From IMG/VR virus record IMGVR_UViG_3300023705_000157: DNA of 64,000 bases; one strand, 5' to 3'. The DNA is from an uncultured virus (IMG/VR IMGVR_UViG_3300023705_000157). Lineage: Duplodnaviria; Heunggongvirae; Uroviricota; Caudoviricetes. Below the pieces are notes generated by a model. It had not been told where the DNA came from and made no database searches. It saw only the letters and a program-made list of their open reading frames with translations. This document shows, in pieces, positions 9,153 through 17,432 of the stretch (the stretch's first letter is position 1; every line of letters starts with the position of its first letter). The position numbers were made by a program, and so were the translations under genes.

Positions 9153-10916
9153 TTATCCGTCCATTTCCGTGATGAAACGTGACGGGGTTTCGCCAGGGTG
9201 CTTTTCCGGCCGGATTGCCAGGGTCAGCTTGTCCATGGCGCGGGTGACAGCTACATACATGAGGCGGCGTTCATCCTCGACGGCCTCACCTTCAGCGCGG
9301 ACGGCCTGTTGGCTGGGCATGATGCCCTCATTGCAGCCCGCAATGATGACATGAGGGAACTCCAAGCCCTTTGAGGCGTGACACGTCATCAGACGAATGC
9401 AGGGCGCGTCATCTTTCTCGACGGCCTCATCCTGAACATCGGCCAATGCGATCCAGTCCAGATATTCGCAAAGGAGGTCGTCTGGGTGCGCCGCCGCATA
9501 GGTCTTCAGCCAGTCAATGTAGGTCTGGCCGTCGCCGTCGGCGGGGTCGAAAGAAGACACCCCCCATGTTGAAAACCAATCAGCGGCATCCGCCACGGTG
9601 GAAGATTCCTTGAGCATGGCAAGGTGTGTTGCCGGGTCAAGGTGTTCCAGATAGACGCTGAAACACGAGCGATCCTGCCCGGCAGCCTCAATGCGGATTT
9701 CATTGTACCGCTCCGCGCTCACCCCAAGCCCGGGGTGGGCCAGCAGAAAGGCCATTTCATCGGCCGGATTGACAACACATTTCAAAATGGCATTGGCCTT
9801 GACGAAAAGCGGCGACTGCAAGATTGACGTGCGCTTGCCGATCCGTTTATGGGCGATGCCCCTCAACGTCAGTTCTTCGCAGAGCTTGTCCAACATTCTG
9901 TTGGAGCGGCACAAAATTACAGGCGGCACATCGGCCGCCTGCCTTGCGAGGTATTCCGCCAACCCGGCGCTGTCGACGCCTGACAGTTTTTCAACGGCCT
10001 CCGCTCCGTGTTCCGTGCGTTGCGCCCGCATTTCAATAACACGGTGGCTTGTATTATGCCGGATCAGACAGTTGGCGGCGTCCACAATATCGCCCTGACT
10101 GCGGTAATTACTGCGTAAGGCGTAGAGAGACAGCCTCCCCTCGTCGATAAGCTGTTGCAGATAGTCAGGTACAGCTCCGCGAAAGCCGTAAATGGATTGT
10201 GAAATATCACCTACGGCAAAAAGTTCAGAATCTTCCCTATTCCCCAGCATGGCTTCCAGCGTTCGCCATTGCAGAGGGTCAAGGTCTTGCACTTCGTCCA
10301 CAAGAAAGTATTTCCAGTTGGTGAACTCGCGGATTTTCCCTAGTTTCGCCAGATCCAGCAGCCCCGATACCAGGCCGGAATACGGGACTGCGTTATGCGT
10401 CAGGCAGGCAGCTTGAAACATCGCGTAGAGTTTGCCTGTGGGCGTGTCAGGGGGGCGGCTGTCAGACAATTCCAGCCGCGCCCATTCCCTTTCCACTTCC
10501 CGCTTGGGAATCCTCCACTTCCTCTTTGCGTAGAGCCCGATGCGTTCCGCGCAATGCTGGCGCAGCATATCGGCCTCAAGCGGAGAAAACACAGTGAGGC
10601 GACCGTAGCGAAGGCCGATGTGATGCCCGTATTTTTGTAACAAGCCGAGCCCAAGCCCATGGAAGGTGGAAAGGGCAACCTTATGCGCTTCCGGCCCGAT
10701 ACGGGATTCCAGCCGCTTGCGCATTTCCCCGGCGGCCGCCCGCGTGAATGTGGTACAGGCGATTTCGTAGCCGGAGGCTCCATGCTCAATGAGGTGCGCG
10801 ACCCTCTCCACCAGTGTGCGTGTTTTCCCACTCCCGGCTCCGGCCAGAACAAGGACACGCGGTTCTTGGGCCATGACGGCGGCACGTTGCTCCGCATTCA
10901 GGTCAAGGATACTCAT
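9153..10916 (-). CDS. UvrD/PcrA-like SF1 helicase
   Basis: AGAGSGKT, DEVQD, VGDISQSIYGFRGA, NYRS, TCHASKGLEF, ERRLMYVAVTRA. Confidence 0.95.
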   Translation of the reverse strand: MSILDLNAEQRAAVMAQEPRVLVLAGAGSGKTRTLVERVAHLIEHGASGYEIACTTFTRAAAGEMRKRLESRIGPEAHKVALSTFHGLGLGLLQKYGHHIGLRYGRLTVFSPLEADMLRQHCAERIGLYAKRKWRIPKREVEREWARLELSDSRPPDTPTGKLYAMFQAACLTHNAVPYSGLVSGLLDLAKLGKIREFTNWKYFLVDEVQDLDPLQWRTLEAMLGNREDSELFAVGDISQSIYGFRGAVPDYLQQLIDEGRLSLYALRSNYRSQGDIVDAANCLIRHNTSHRVIEMRAQRTEHGAEAVEKLSGVDSAGLAEYLARQAADVPPVILCRSNRMLDKLCEELTLRGIAHKRIGKRTSILQSPLFVKANAILKCVVNPADEMAFLLAHPGLGVSAERYNEIRIEAAGQDRSCFSVYLEHLDPATHLAMLKESSTVADAADWFSTWGVSSFDPADGDGQTYIDWLKTYAAAHPDDLLCEYLDWIALADVQDEAVEKDDAPCIRLMTCHASKGLEFPHVIIAGCNEGIMPSQQAVRAEGEAVEDERRLMYVAVTRAMDKLTLAIRPEKHPGETPSRFITEMDG

Positions 10917-11205
10917 TGTCCACCCCGCTGCCGTACCCGGCTGCCTGCAACGCAAGTTGCAGACGCAACCGCAAAAGGAGAACGGCCGTCTTTATTGGGC
11001 GCAGATTGAGGCGCGTCGTTTTCAGAATAGCTGCGGGAATGGTGAGGCCTCTTTCCCGCGCCAGGGCCATAAGCATGTCATACTCTGCCAGAATGTCGCT
11101 GCAAGCAACGATGCTGGACGATATGGCAGCCAAGCGATCCGCGATTATGCCCACCCCGCCGGGCAGGGCGGGCAGGCGCGGGACATCCGGCGTGGAGGCT
11201 GTCAT
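10903..11205 (-). CDS. Hypothetical protein
   Basis: ATGA-coupled ORF between the ATPase C-half and the helicase. Confidence 0.5.
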   Translation of the reverse strand: MTASTPDVPRLPALPGGVGIIADRLAAISSSIVACSDILAEYDMLMALARERGLTIPAAILKTTRLNLRPIKTAVLLLRLRLQLALQAAGYGSGVDNEYP

Positions 11206-11795
11206 TGTACTGCCCCGGCAGCGCAGACATTGTACTGTGTCCAACCAGCGGGGACGGCAGCCAGCTCATGGCATGTGCAGGCGATGATCTGCGTTTCGAC
11301 ATTCGCCCCGGCGATCTTTTCCAGCATGGGGGCGATTTCCTGCCCAAGCTCCGCGCCCTCAATGATGATGACGGGATTGGCCTTGTCCTGTCTGTTCAGG
11401 GCGTATGCCAAGGCTGCGTCAAAAATGACGCTCTGCCCGCCGGAGAGCCCGGCGCGGGGCACAAAACCGTGACCGGGAATATCCCACCCCAGATCCACGC
11501 CCCCATCATCATTCACGCTGAACACCGCACGGCCGTTGGGGAGAAACGCGGCCATCTTCTTTGCCAGAGCGTCAGCCGTGGACTGGATGGCCGCCACCTT
11601 TTTGGCCCTCAACTTGCCCAGGGCGGCCTTGGCCTCGTCGCGTTTCCTTTCCAAATCCCGCGCTGCGGCGAAGTCTTTTTCCTGCTGTTCGCGCAGCCCC
11701 GCCGCCCGCTGAAATTGACGTTCATCGGCCCGAAGCTGATCCAGCCTTGTGCGCAGGCCTTCACAGCGCTTTTCCATGATTTCAAGAGAATCCAT
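11202..11795 (-). CDS. Rad50/SMC-like ABC ATPase, C-terminal half
   Basis: Coiled coil, then the LSGGQ signature, degenerate Walker B (IIIEGAE) and H-loop (TCH). Confidence 0.75.
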   Translation of the reverse strand: MDSLEIMEKRCEGLRTRLDQLRADERQFQRAAGLREQQEKDFAAARDLERKRDEAKAALGKLRAKKVAAIQSTADALAKKMAAFLPNGRAVFSVNDDGGVDLGWDIPGHGFVPRAGLSGGQSVIFDAALAYALNRQDKANPVIIIEGAELGQEIAPMLEKIAGANVETQIIACTCHELAAVPAGWTQYNVCAAGAVQ

Positions 11796-11805
11796 ATGTA
11801 CCTCC

Positions 11806-11977
11806 TTGCCATGCTCCGCCTAGCCTCGCCCGGCCGCGCCCGGCCATGGCATGCCCGGTTCCAAGCCTCATACCTCGCCGCGCCACGCCACGCTGCGCCT
11901 AGCCCAGCCTAGCCGTGCCTTGTTCCTCGCCGCGCCGTGCCTTGCCATGCTCTCGCCGAACCATGCCGTGTCCTCGC
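11806..11977 (-). repeat. GGY-NN pentamer array B (~28 units)
   Basis: 5-nt period GGC-NN in runs of 8, 9, 1 and 10 units separated by GGAACAA, GGTATGA and GGAACCG. Confidence 0.9.
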
Positions 11978-11982
11978 TTTTG

Positions 11983-12972
11983 TCAGGCGTGAGCATCTTC
12001 AAGCCGCCGCAGTTCACGCCGCAGCACCATGCGCGCGGCGCACCCGTCGCAGCCTGCCCTTTGCAAAGCCGAGAGGACACGTTCAAGCGCCTGCCTTGCA
12101 GTGGGCAAGGCGGACGCAGCCGGGGAAGCATGCTGCCCGGACGATTCTTTTTTTATGTCCTCGGCCAAAACTTGGATTATCGGCGGCATCCGGGCCACAT
12201 CTTCATCGGCCATGTTGCGAATATCGTTCGTGGTCAACGCCACAGCAACCTTGAGGGGCTGTGCCGCTTCACGCTCCCTGTCGGCAGCCGACTTGCGTTC
12301 CAGCCGCAATCGTTCCCGTTCCCGGGTCAGATCGTCACGGGCCTCAAGCATCTCCCGCTCCACCTTGGCTATTTCTGCCTGAACCTCCGGCAGACTACCG
12401 GCGGGAAGATGGAGGCTTGCAATGGTCTCGTTGATGCTCTTGCAGGCTTGCTCCTTCCCCCTGATTTCTTCTTCAATTCTGGCAATACGCTCCTTTGCCT
12501 TGGCAATGTCGGCATTGATGCCCCGCACATCGCCGGACGGCGGGAAGATGCGGAACAATTCATCAACCTTCTTGGCATCGGAAAGACCGAGAAAGGCGGA
12601 CACATCGGCAATGGCGAGGCCCTGCTTGCTGATTTCAAGTTCAAACCCCTGCTTGGGTATGGGGTCGCCGTCGTGGCGGAAAGTTCCACGCACATTGCCG
12701 TCCTTCTGCGGCTTATAGCTGCGCTCCAGCGTTGTACCATCGTCAAGCTCCACGCCTACGGTCAGGCTGTCGCCGCCGCCCACGGCTTTGAAAATGGCGG
12801 CATTCACCTTGCCGACCACGGTTCCGATCAATTCGCCGGTCGCCAGCAGAGAAAGCGCCAAGGCCCGGGAGCTCTTGCCGCTGCCGACGCGCCCGGTGAG
12901 CAGAGTACGGGCCCCAAGGGGCTGGTCGAAATCCAGCCCCTTGAAGCCCTTGGCATAGATCCGCTTGATCAT
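11983..12972 (-). CDS. Rad50/SMC-like ABC ATPase, N-terminal half
   Basis: MIKRIYAKGFKG, Walker A GRVGSGKS, coiled coil, terminal CDGC. Confidence 0.8.
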   Translation of the reverse strand: MIKRIYAKGFKGLDFDQPLGARTLLTGRVGSGKSSRALALSLLATGELIGTVVGKVNAAIFKAVGGGDSLTVGVELDDGTTLERSYKPQKDGNVRGTFRHDGDPIPKQGFELEISKQGLAIADVSAFLGLSDAKKVDELFRIFPPSGDVRGINADIAKAKERIARIEEEIRGKEQACKSINETIASLHLPAGSLPEVQAEIAKVEREMLEARDDLTRERERLRLERKSAADREREAAQPLKVAVALTTNDIRNMADEDVARMPPIIQVLAEDIKKESSGQHASPAASALPTARQALERVLSALQRAGCDGCAARMVLRRELRRLEDAHA

Positions 12973-12982
12973 GCGCCCCTCC

Positions 12983-14317
12983 CTATTTAAGCATGCTGTC
13001 GATGGCACGGAGAACGGCCCCGGCGTTGCCGGGATTGACCGTTTCGTTTGTCAGGTCGAGTTGCCGCAGGGCCGCAGCGTATTCGTCGGGAAACTCCTCC
13101 ATCGTGACTTGCAGATTTTTCCACTGCCCCTGCTGTTCCTGCGTCCATGCCTCTGCCGGGGCCCCATCGGGGGCGGGGCTGTCCGCAGGCGCGTCTTCGG
13201 GAACATTCACCGACTGTCCGTTATCCTCCGTCTCTGCCGTGGGCTGACTGTCGAGCGCTGCGGCATGATTCTGCGTTTCGCCGTCGCCATAAAGGCCGGG
13301 ATTGTCCACGGGGTCGCGTTCCTCCTCAATGTCCGATCCCCGTACTTCTTCTGTGCCGCGGCTGATCACGATGGGGCCGGACGCTTCCGGCAGGGCTACG
13401 GGGCGGCCCTTCGCCAAGGCCTCAATGATCTGCGTTGAGGTGGCATAACGGGCCGTATCGAAACGCACCAAGCCGCCGTCGGAGGGTGCCCAGCACACAA
13501 CAGGCACATCCCATGTCGCAATCGGGCGATCCTTGGTCTGCCCGGGAACGACGGCTATACCGAAGAGGTGCTTGAGCGCGTTGCGCTGCGCGAAGGTCTG
13601 GGCAAACTCAAGGGCCTTTTTCTTGCGGTTGAGCACCTGGCCCAGAAAGTTGATGACCTCATCGTGTGTGATGTTCATCCAGAGAGTGACGGCCGCATCA
13701 ATGGGGTACGGTGCCCATTCATTCTCCTTGCCGGGAGCCTTGAGGGCGGCAGGCAGGAGCTTGAATGCGTCCTTGTGCTTCTTGGCCTTGCCTATCATGT
13801 CCGCCAAGGCGTATGTGCCCGTGTCAAAAATCGTGGTGCGATCCGAAACCACGGGCTGACCGTTTTCGTTGTAGCGGAAGGCCAGGGCGCGACAGTGGAC
13901 TTCCATAATGGAACCGTCCGGGGCACGGCGCACATAGGGGTTTTGCTGCTCCACTCCGTCAACGATGACGGTGTTCGCATTCATCACAACGGCACCGGCG
14001 GCATGAGCCAGCATGGCATAGCCCAGGGCGGAGATGGCATAGGGGCCCATCCAGACGGGTTGCGTCAACCCCCCGTTCTTGGCAGTCAGCCGCACAGTGC
14101 GCTTCGTGGCCTTAATGGTACGGCCTTCGGCGTCCATGAGGGCAAAGGCCTCACCTTCGCCCAAGGCAACCACGCTTTTCTTGTGGAGCGCCGCCAGGTA
14201 TTCGCCCAGCACCTTGCCGTCTTCCGGGCATGCCGAAGCAATGCGCCTGTATGCGGCTTCCGCTGCGTCTTTCAGAGTAATATCCTGCCCGCCGTTTCTG
14301 CTTGCCTGTTGGGTCAT
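12983..14317 (-). CDS. Putative single-strand annealing protein (RecT/Rad52-like)
   Basis: AQTFAQRNALKHLFG helix, acidic disordered C-terminal tail, position in the recombination block. Confidence 0.5.
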   Translation of the reverse strand: MTQQASRNGGQDITLKDAAEAAYRRIASACPEDGKVLGEYLAALHKKSVVALGEGEAFALMDAEGRTIKATKRTVRLTAKNGGLTQPVWMGPYAISALGYAMLAHAAGAVVMNANTVIVDGVEQQNPYVRRAPDGSIMEVHCRALAFRYNENGQPVVSDRTTIFDTGTYALADMIGKAKKHKDAFKLLPAALKAPGKENEWAPYPIDAAVTLWMNITHDEVINFLGQVLNRKKKALEFAQTFAQRNALKHLFGIAVVPGQTKDRPIATWDVPVVCWAPSDGGLVRFDTARYATSTQIIEALAKGRPVALPEASGPIVISRGTEEVRGSDIEEERDPVDNPGLYGDGETQNHAAALDSQPTAETEDNGQSVNVPEDAPADSPAPDGAPAEAWTQEQQGQWKNLQVTMEEFPDEYAAALRQLDLTNETVNPGNAGAVLRAIDSMLK

Positions 14318-14359
14318 GTCTGTACCTCCCGTGAACGCGGCCAGCAGCCGCTTCGTTGC

Positions 14360-14386
14360 AAAAAGAAAGGGCGGATTTCTCCGCCC
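14360..14386 (-). terminator. Intrinsic terminator directly downstream of array A
   Basis: GGGCGGA-GAAA-TCCGCCC followed by TTTCTTTTT. Confidence 0.85.
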
Positions 14387-14392
14387 GTCTGT

Positions 14393-14584
14393 ACCTTGCC
14401 ATGCCGAACCCGGCCACGCCTTGCATTGCCATGCCAAGGTCGGCCACGCCAAGCCGCGCCTTGTTCCTTGCCATGCCGTGCCATGCCTTGCATTGCCCGG
14501 CCCAGCCGCGCCCAGCCATGCCCGGCCTTGCCTTGCCGCACCATGCCTAGCCTTGCCAAGCCACGCCGGGGCACAAGCCATGCC
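14393..14584 (-). repeat. GGY-NN pentamer array A (~35 units), candidate ncRNA
   Basis: Runs of 2, 20 and 13 GGY-NN units; GGAACAA linker shared with array B. Confidence 0.9.
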
Positions 14585-14593
14585 TGGGCAATT

Positions 14594-14959
14594 TCAACGG
14601 GCAGAAGGGGCAAGCGTAGCCGGGAAATCCGTACCCGGCATGACGCCGTAAAAGTCGCACCAGTCGCGGTATTCATCCACACCGGGAGCTGGATGCACTT
14701 CTTTGACTTCCAGCACGACACAGGCAAGGCCCGCTTCTGCATTGCCAGCGACAAAACAGGCCACGTCAGTTTGGGTACATGCGGGGCCGCCGTTGAAATC
14801 GCCATCTTCTGTGAGCACATAGAAACCAAGCCGTAAGGCAGCAATCTGCCGTGCGCGGCATTCAAGCAGCCCGCGCAAGCGGGCGTTTTCGCGTTCCAGC
14901 CGGGCGTTGTCCTCTGCGATGTTCTTCCAGGGATCACCTGTCAGGGGCTTGGGAAGCAT
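14594..14959 (-). CDS. Hypothetical protein
   Basis: AGGAG SD; ends just before array A. Confidence 0.6.
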   Translation of the reverse strand: MLPKPLTGDPWKNIAEDNARLERENARLRGLLECRARQIAALRLGFYVLTEDGDFNGGPACTQTDVACFVAGNAEAGLACVVLEVKEVHPAPGVDEYRDWCDFYGVMPGTDFPATLAPSAR

Positions 14960-15224
14960 GGTGTTGCTCCTGTTGCTTTACGGGCCTGCATGGTACGCCG
15001 TGCCCGCGTTCATCCTGCCTTTCGGCAGCGGCCTGTTGCTGCAAGGCTTCTGTCTGCGCCACAAGATGGTTGTATTCCACCGTCTGGACTGCGCAGATCG
15101 CGGCCATGAAAAGCGCGGAACAAGACAAGCCGAAGATCCACCTGTCCATGAGCCGCTTGAGCCGTTCGCGGCGGTCGGCGTATCTGCCGCCCCAGCCCCG
15201 CACGATGATGTAGTGATTGCCCAT
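14934..15224 (-). CDS. Hypothetical membrane-anchored protein
   Basis: One hydrophobic segment (WIFGLSCSALFMAAICAV). Confidence 0.5.
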   Translation of the reverse strand: MGNHYIIVRGWGGRYADRRERLKRLMDRWIFGLSCSALFMAAICAVQTVEYNHLVAQTEALQQQAAAERQDERGHGVPCRPVKQQEQHHASQAPDR

Positions 15225-15780
15225 GTCTTGCCCCCCCTTGCCGTGCTGCGACACAATGAAAAGGCCCCGGGCCTGGGCCTTTTGCCTATACTGCGACACC
15301 TCGCAAGGTGTCGTTGAAACCGCTGACAAAGGCCAAGTATGAGACCTTGCCGTACACCCGCAGAATTTCCGTTGCCCGCTCGTTCGCGTCTTCTGCCGAG
15401 CGGAAGCCCGCGGCGGTCAATTCTGCCCACTGCCGCCCCTCCGTGCGGCGCTCAATCAAGCCCTGCGCTGTCATCTTTGCCCATCCCAGCTTTCAATGTT
15501 CATGCTCCGCCCCCGGAGGCAGGGGGTTGCTTTGCCCATGCTCTCCCCCTGAAACAAGCAGGGGGGCAGGCCAACCCCGCCCCCAAGAGCAACCATTCGC
15601 TATTCCTGCATGGTGTTGTGTTTGATTGGTTGCGCTTCCAGATGCCGTGGACGACGAACACGCGCTTCCGTGGTTCTCCTTTTTCGGCATAGGCCATGCC
15701 GCGTCGCCCACGGCTCTGAAATCACAACAATGGCCGCTTCATCGAAACAGGGCCGCTCCCGAAAAACGGCCCTGCGACCG

Positions 15781-16089
15781 TCACAAATGACGGTTGTACT
15801 TCACTCGTGAATTATTGCCCTTCAGAACGATAGGGCTGCTTTCAAAAAAGCCGCCGTCGCGGTCGAAGTGTTCCGTCCAGGCTGAGCCGCCATATTGCTT
15901 GAGCAGCTTCTTGGCGGTTGATATTGAGCATCCTGATATGTCGGTGAACCCTGCAACCATGTCTCTATATTCGTCTGGTATGTTGTCAGGGTAGATGACG
16001 TCGCCGCTCTTGAGCTCAACGCCACAACCACATTCGAGCATGACGGATTCTGGCACTCCTTCAGGAAAACGATAGTGATGGATTCGCAT
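15781..16089 (-). CDS. Hypothetical phage protein
   Basis: GGAGG SD; protein-like composition. Confidence 0.7.
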   Translation of the reverse strand: MRIHHYRFPEGVPESVMLECGCGVELKSGDVIYPDNIPDEYRDMVAGFTDISGCSISTAKKLLKQYGGSAWTEHFDRDGGFFESSPIVLKGNNSRVKYNRHL

Positions 16090-16104
16090 GGTGTACGCTG
16101 CCTC

Positions 16105-16143
16105 CAAAAGAAAAGGCCCCCGGTTTCCCAGGGGCCTTGAAAG
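16105..16143 (-). terminator. Terminator, 39-bp exact repeat copy 1
   Basis: CAAAAGAAAAGGCCCCCGGTTTCCCAGGGGCCTTGAAAG, identical to 17112-17150. Confidence 0.8.
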
Positions 16144-16159
16144 GTGGTGGCTGATGGCG

Positions 16160-16243
16160 TCAGCCGCGCTTGCGGGTCAGGTAGAATCCATAAATGGACA
16201 GCCCGGCACCCACCAGAAGAAACATAATCCATGCCGTGCTCAT
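16160..16243 (-). CDS. 27-aa single-TM peptide
   Basis: MSTAWIMFLLVGAGLSIYGFYLTRKRG; ATGA overlap with the upstream ORF; translated by hand. Confidence 0.6.
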   Translation of the reverse strand: MSTAWIMFLLVGAGLSIYGFYLTRKRG

Positions 16244-16401
16244 TCCTCATCCTCCCGCGTTAAAACGATGCTGACAACAAGGAGGCAAACCGCGCCCCAA
16301 AATCCTGTCATTTCATTACGGAACAGCCCGACCGCCATGCCCGCGACGCCCAGTTTTTCAAGGGCGTCAGCCACACGCTTGAGGCGATTCTTGTACTTCA
16401 T
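16240..16401 (-). CDS. 53-aa membrane protein
   Basis: MKYKNRLKRVADALEKLGVAGMAVGLF...; paralog of 17259-17432. Confidence 0.65.
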   Translation of the reverse strand: MKYKNRLKRVADALEKLGVAGMAVGLFRNEMTGFWGAVCLLVVSIVLTREDEE

Positions 16402-16514
16402 GCCCAAACCCTACCAGCAGGGGCGTTAAAGTTCAAGGCTCCAGTCCGGCGCTCCGCACGTCGTCTATCTTCACCCCGGCCCTCGGCGGCCTTCCCCGTG
16501 TTGGTGAAGATAGA

Positions 16515-16541
16515 TTGCCAAATTATTTGGCAAGAGTCAAG
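16515..16541 (-). promoter_or_regulatory. Operator palindrome overlapping a leftward sigma70-like promoter
   Basis: TTGCCAAAT-T-ATTTGGCAA; TTGACT-N17-CAATCT on the minus strand. Confidence 0.6.
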
Positions 16542-16560
16542 TCTTATGCCGAATTTTTTT

Positions 16561-16839
16561 TCAATCCTGCTCTACATTATTCCATATCATAAATAGCTCT
16601 TGGGCAGGATTTTTGCCCAAGGCTTGGCACATGGCGCAAAAATCCCCAAGCCGCAACCGCAACGGTTTCCCCCCTGCCGTCTTCACTGACCATAGGCTGT
16701 TTATTTTGCTCCGTGGGTTGGATATGTCCGGGAACGCCTTGTGTCCGAACTCTGTTTCGCTCATCCCGGATGCCTGCCTCGCCTCAAGCAAAACCTTGAG
16801 GGCTTCACGCTCTACATCAAAAATATGCTGCTCCTTCAT
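16561..16839 (-). CDS. Small XRE/Cro-like HTH regulator
   Basis: ARQASGMSETEF...LGDFCAMCQALG; flanked by TGCC-N9-GGCA boxes. Confidence 0.65.
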   Translation of the reverse strand: MKEQHIFDVEREALKVLLEARQASGMSETEFGHKAFPDISNPRSKINSLWSVKTAGGKPLRLRLGDFCAMCQALGKNPAQELFMIWNNVEQD

Positions 16840-17111
16840 GGGCGTGGCTCCTTTTCCCTCCCATGATAGCAGGGAAAATTCCTCATGCCCATTTATTTGG
16901 CATTTTTCTTGACATGAAGAATAATTTGGCATTAGGTTCCTGTCAACGGCAACCCACGTTGCCCGCTCTCTGACAACCAGCCCCGACGAACCCGCCGCCC
17001 GCGTCCAGCCAGGTAGCTCCTGCCGTCCGCGAGCGGAACAGGGGGAGGGATGCCGCATGGGATGCGGTCGCGCTTGTGACGCCGTTTCCGAGCTGGGCGC
17101 GAAACCTTGTT

Positions 17112-17150
17112 CAAAAGAAAAGGCCCCCGGTTTCCCAGGGGCCTTGAAAG
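17112..17150 (-). terminator. Terminator, 39-bp exact repeat copy 2
   Basis: Identical to 16105-16143. Confidence 0.8.
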
Positions 17151-17169
17151 ACGTTCGTTGTTGGATTTG

Positions 17170-17262
17170 CTACCGTTCGCCGCGGAGAGCCTTGCGGCCA
17201 ACATAGAGGGCTATGCAGGTGGCGGCTATGACGATAACGCCCAATGCGATCCAAGCGCTCAT
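17170..17262 (-). CDS. 30-aa single-TM peptide
   Basis: MSAWIALGVIVIAATCIALYVGRKALRGER; ATGA-coupled. Confidence 0.6.
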   Translation of the reverse strand: MSAWIALGVIVIAATCIALYVGRKALRGER

Positions 17263-17432
17263 AACTTCCTCCAAATGTTGTCCAGCAAATGGCTTGCCAC
17301 AATCGCTATGATCCCGACGGCAAAACCGGCAAGCTCCTTGCCTTGTCCTTGGAATATCCCCACGGCAAGACTGGCAACGCTGATTTTCTCAAGCCAGTCA
17401 GCCGTCCGCCGCACGAATTGTTTTTTGTCCAT
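17259..17432 (-). CDS. 57-aa membrane protein
   Basis: MDKKQFVRRTADWLEKISVASLAVGIF... Confidence 0.65.
   Translation of the reverse strand: MDKKQFVRRTADWLEKISVASLAVGIFQGQGKELAGFAVGIIAIVASHLLDNIWRKL

Noticed and set aside
11806..14584. CRISPR array interpretation of the repeats
   Set aside because: No 25-40 bp direct repeats with unique spacers and no cas operon.
14314..14937. ORFs crossing the pentamer arrays (ARHGAARQG / PCLALPC peptides), including the 5' extension of 12983-14581
   Set aside because: They are translation shadows of the stop-poor GGCNN repeat. A terminator and a GGAGG SD before ATG 14317 argue for the shorter gene.
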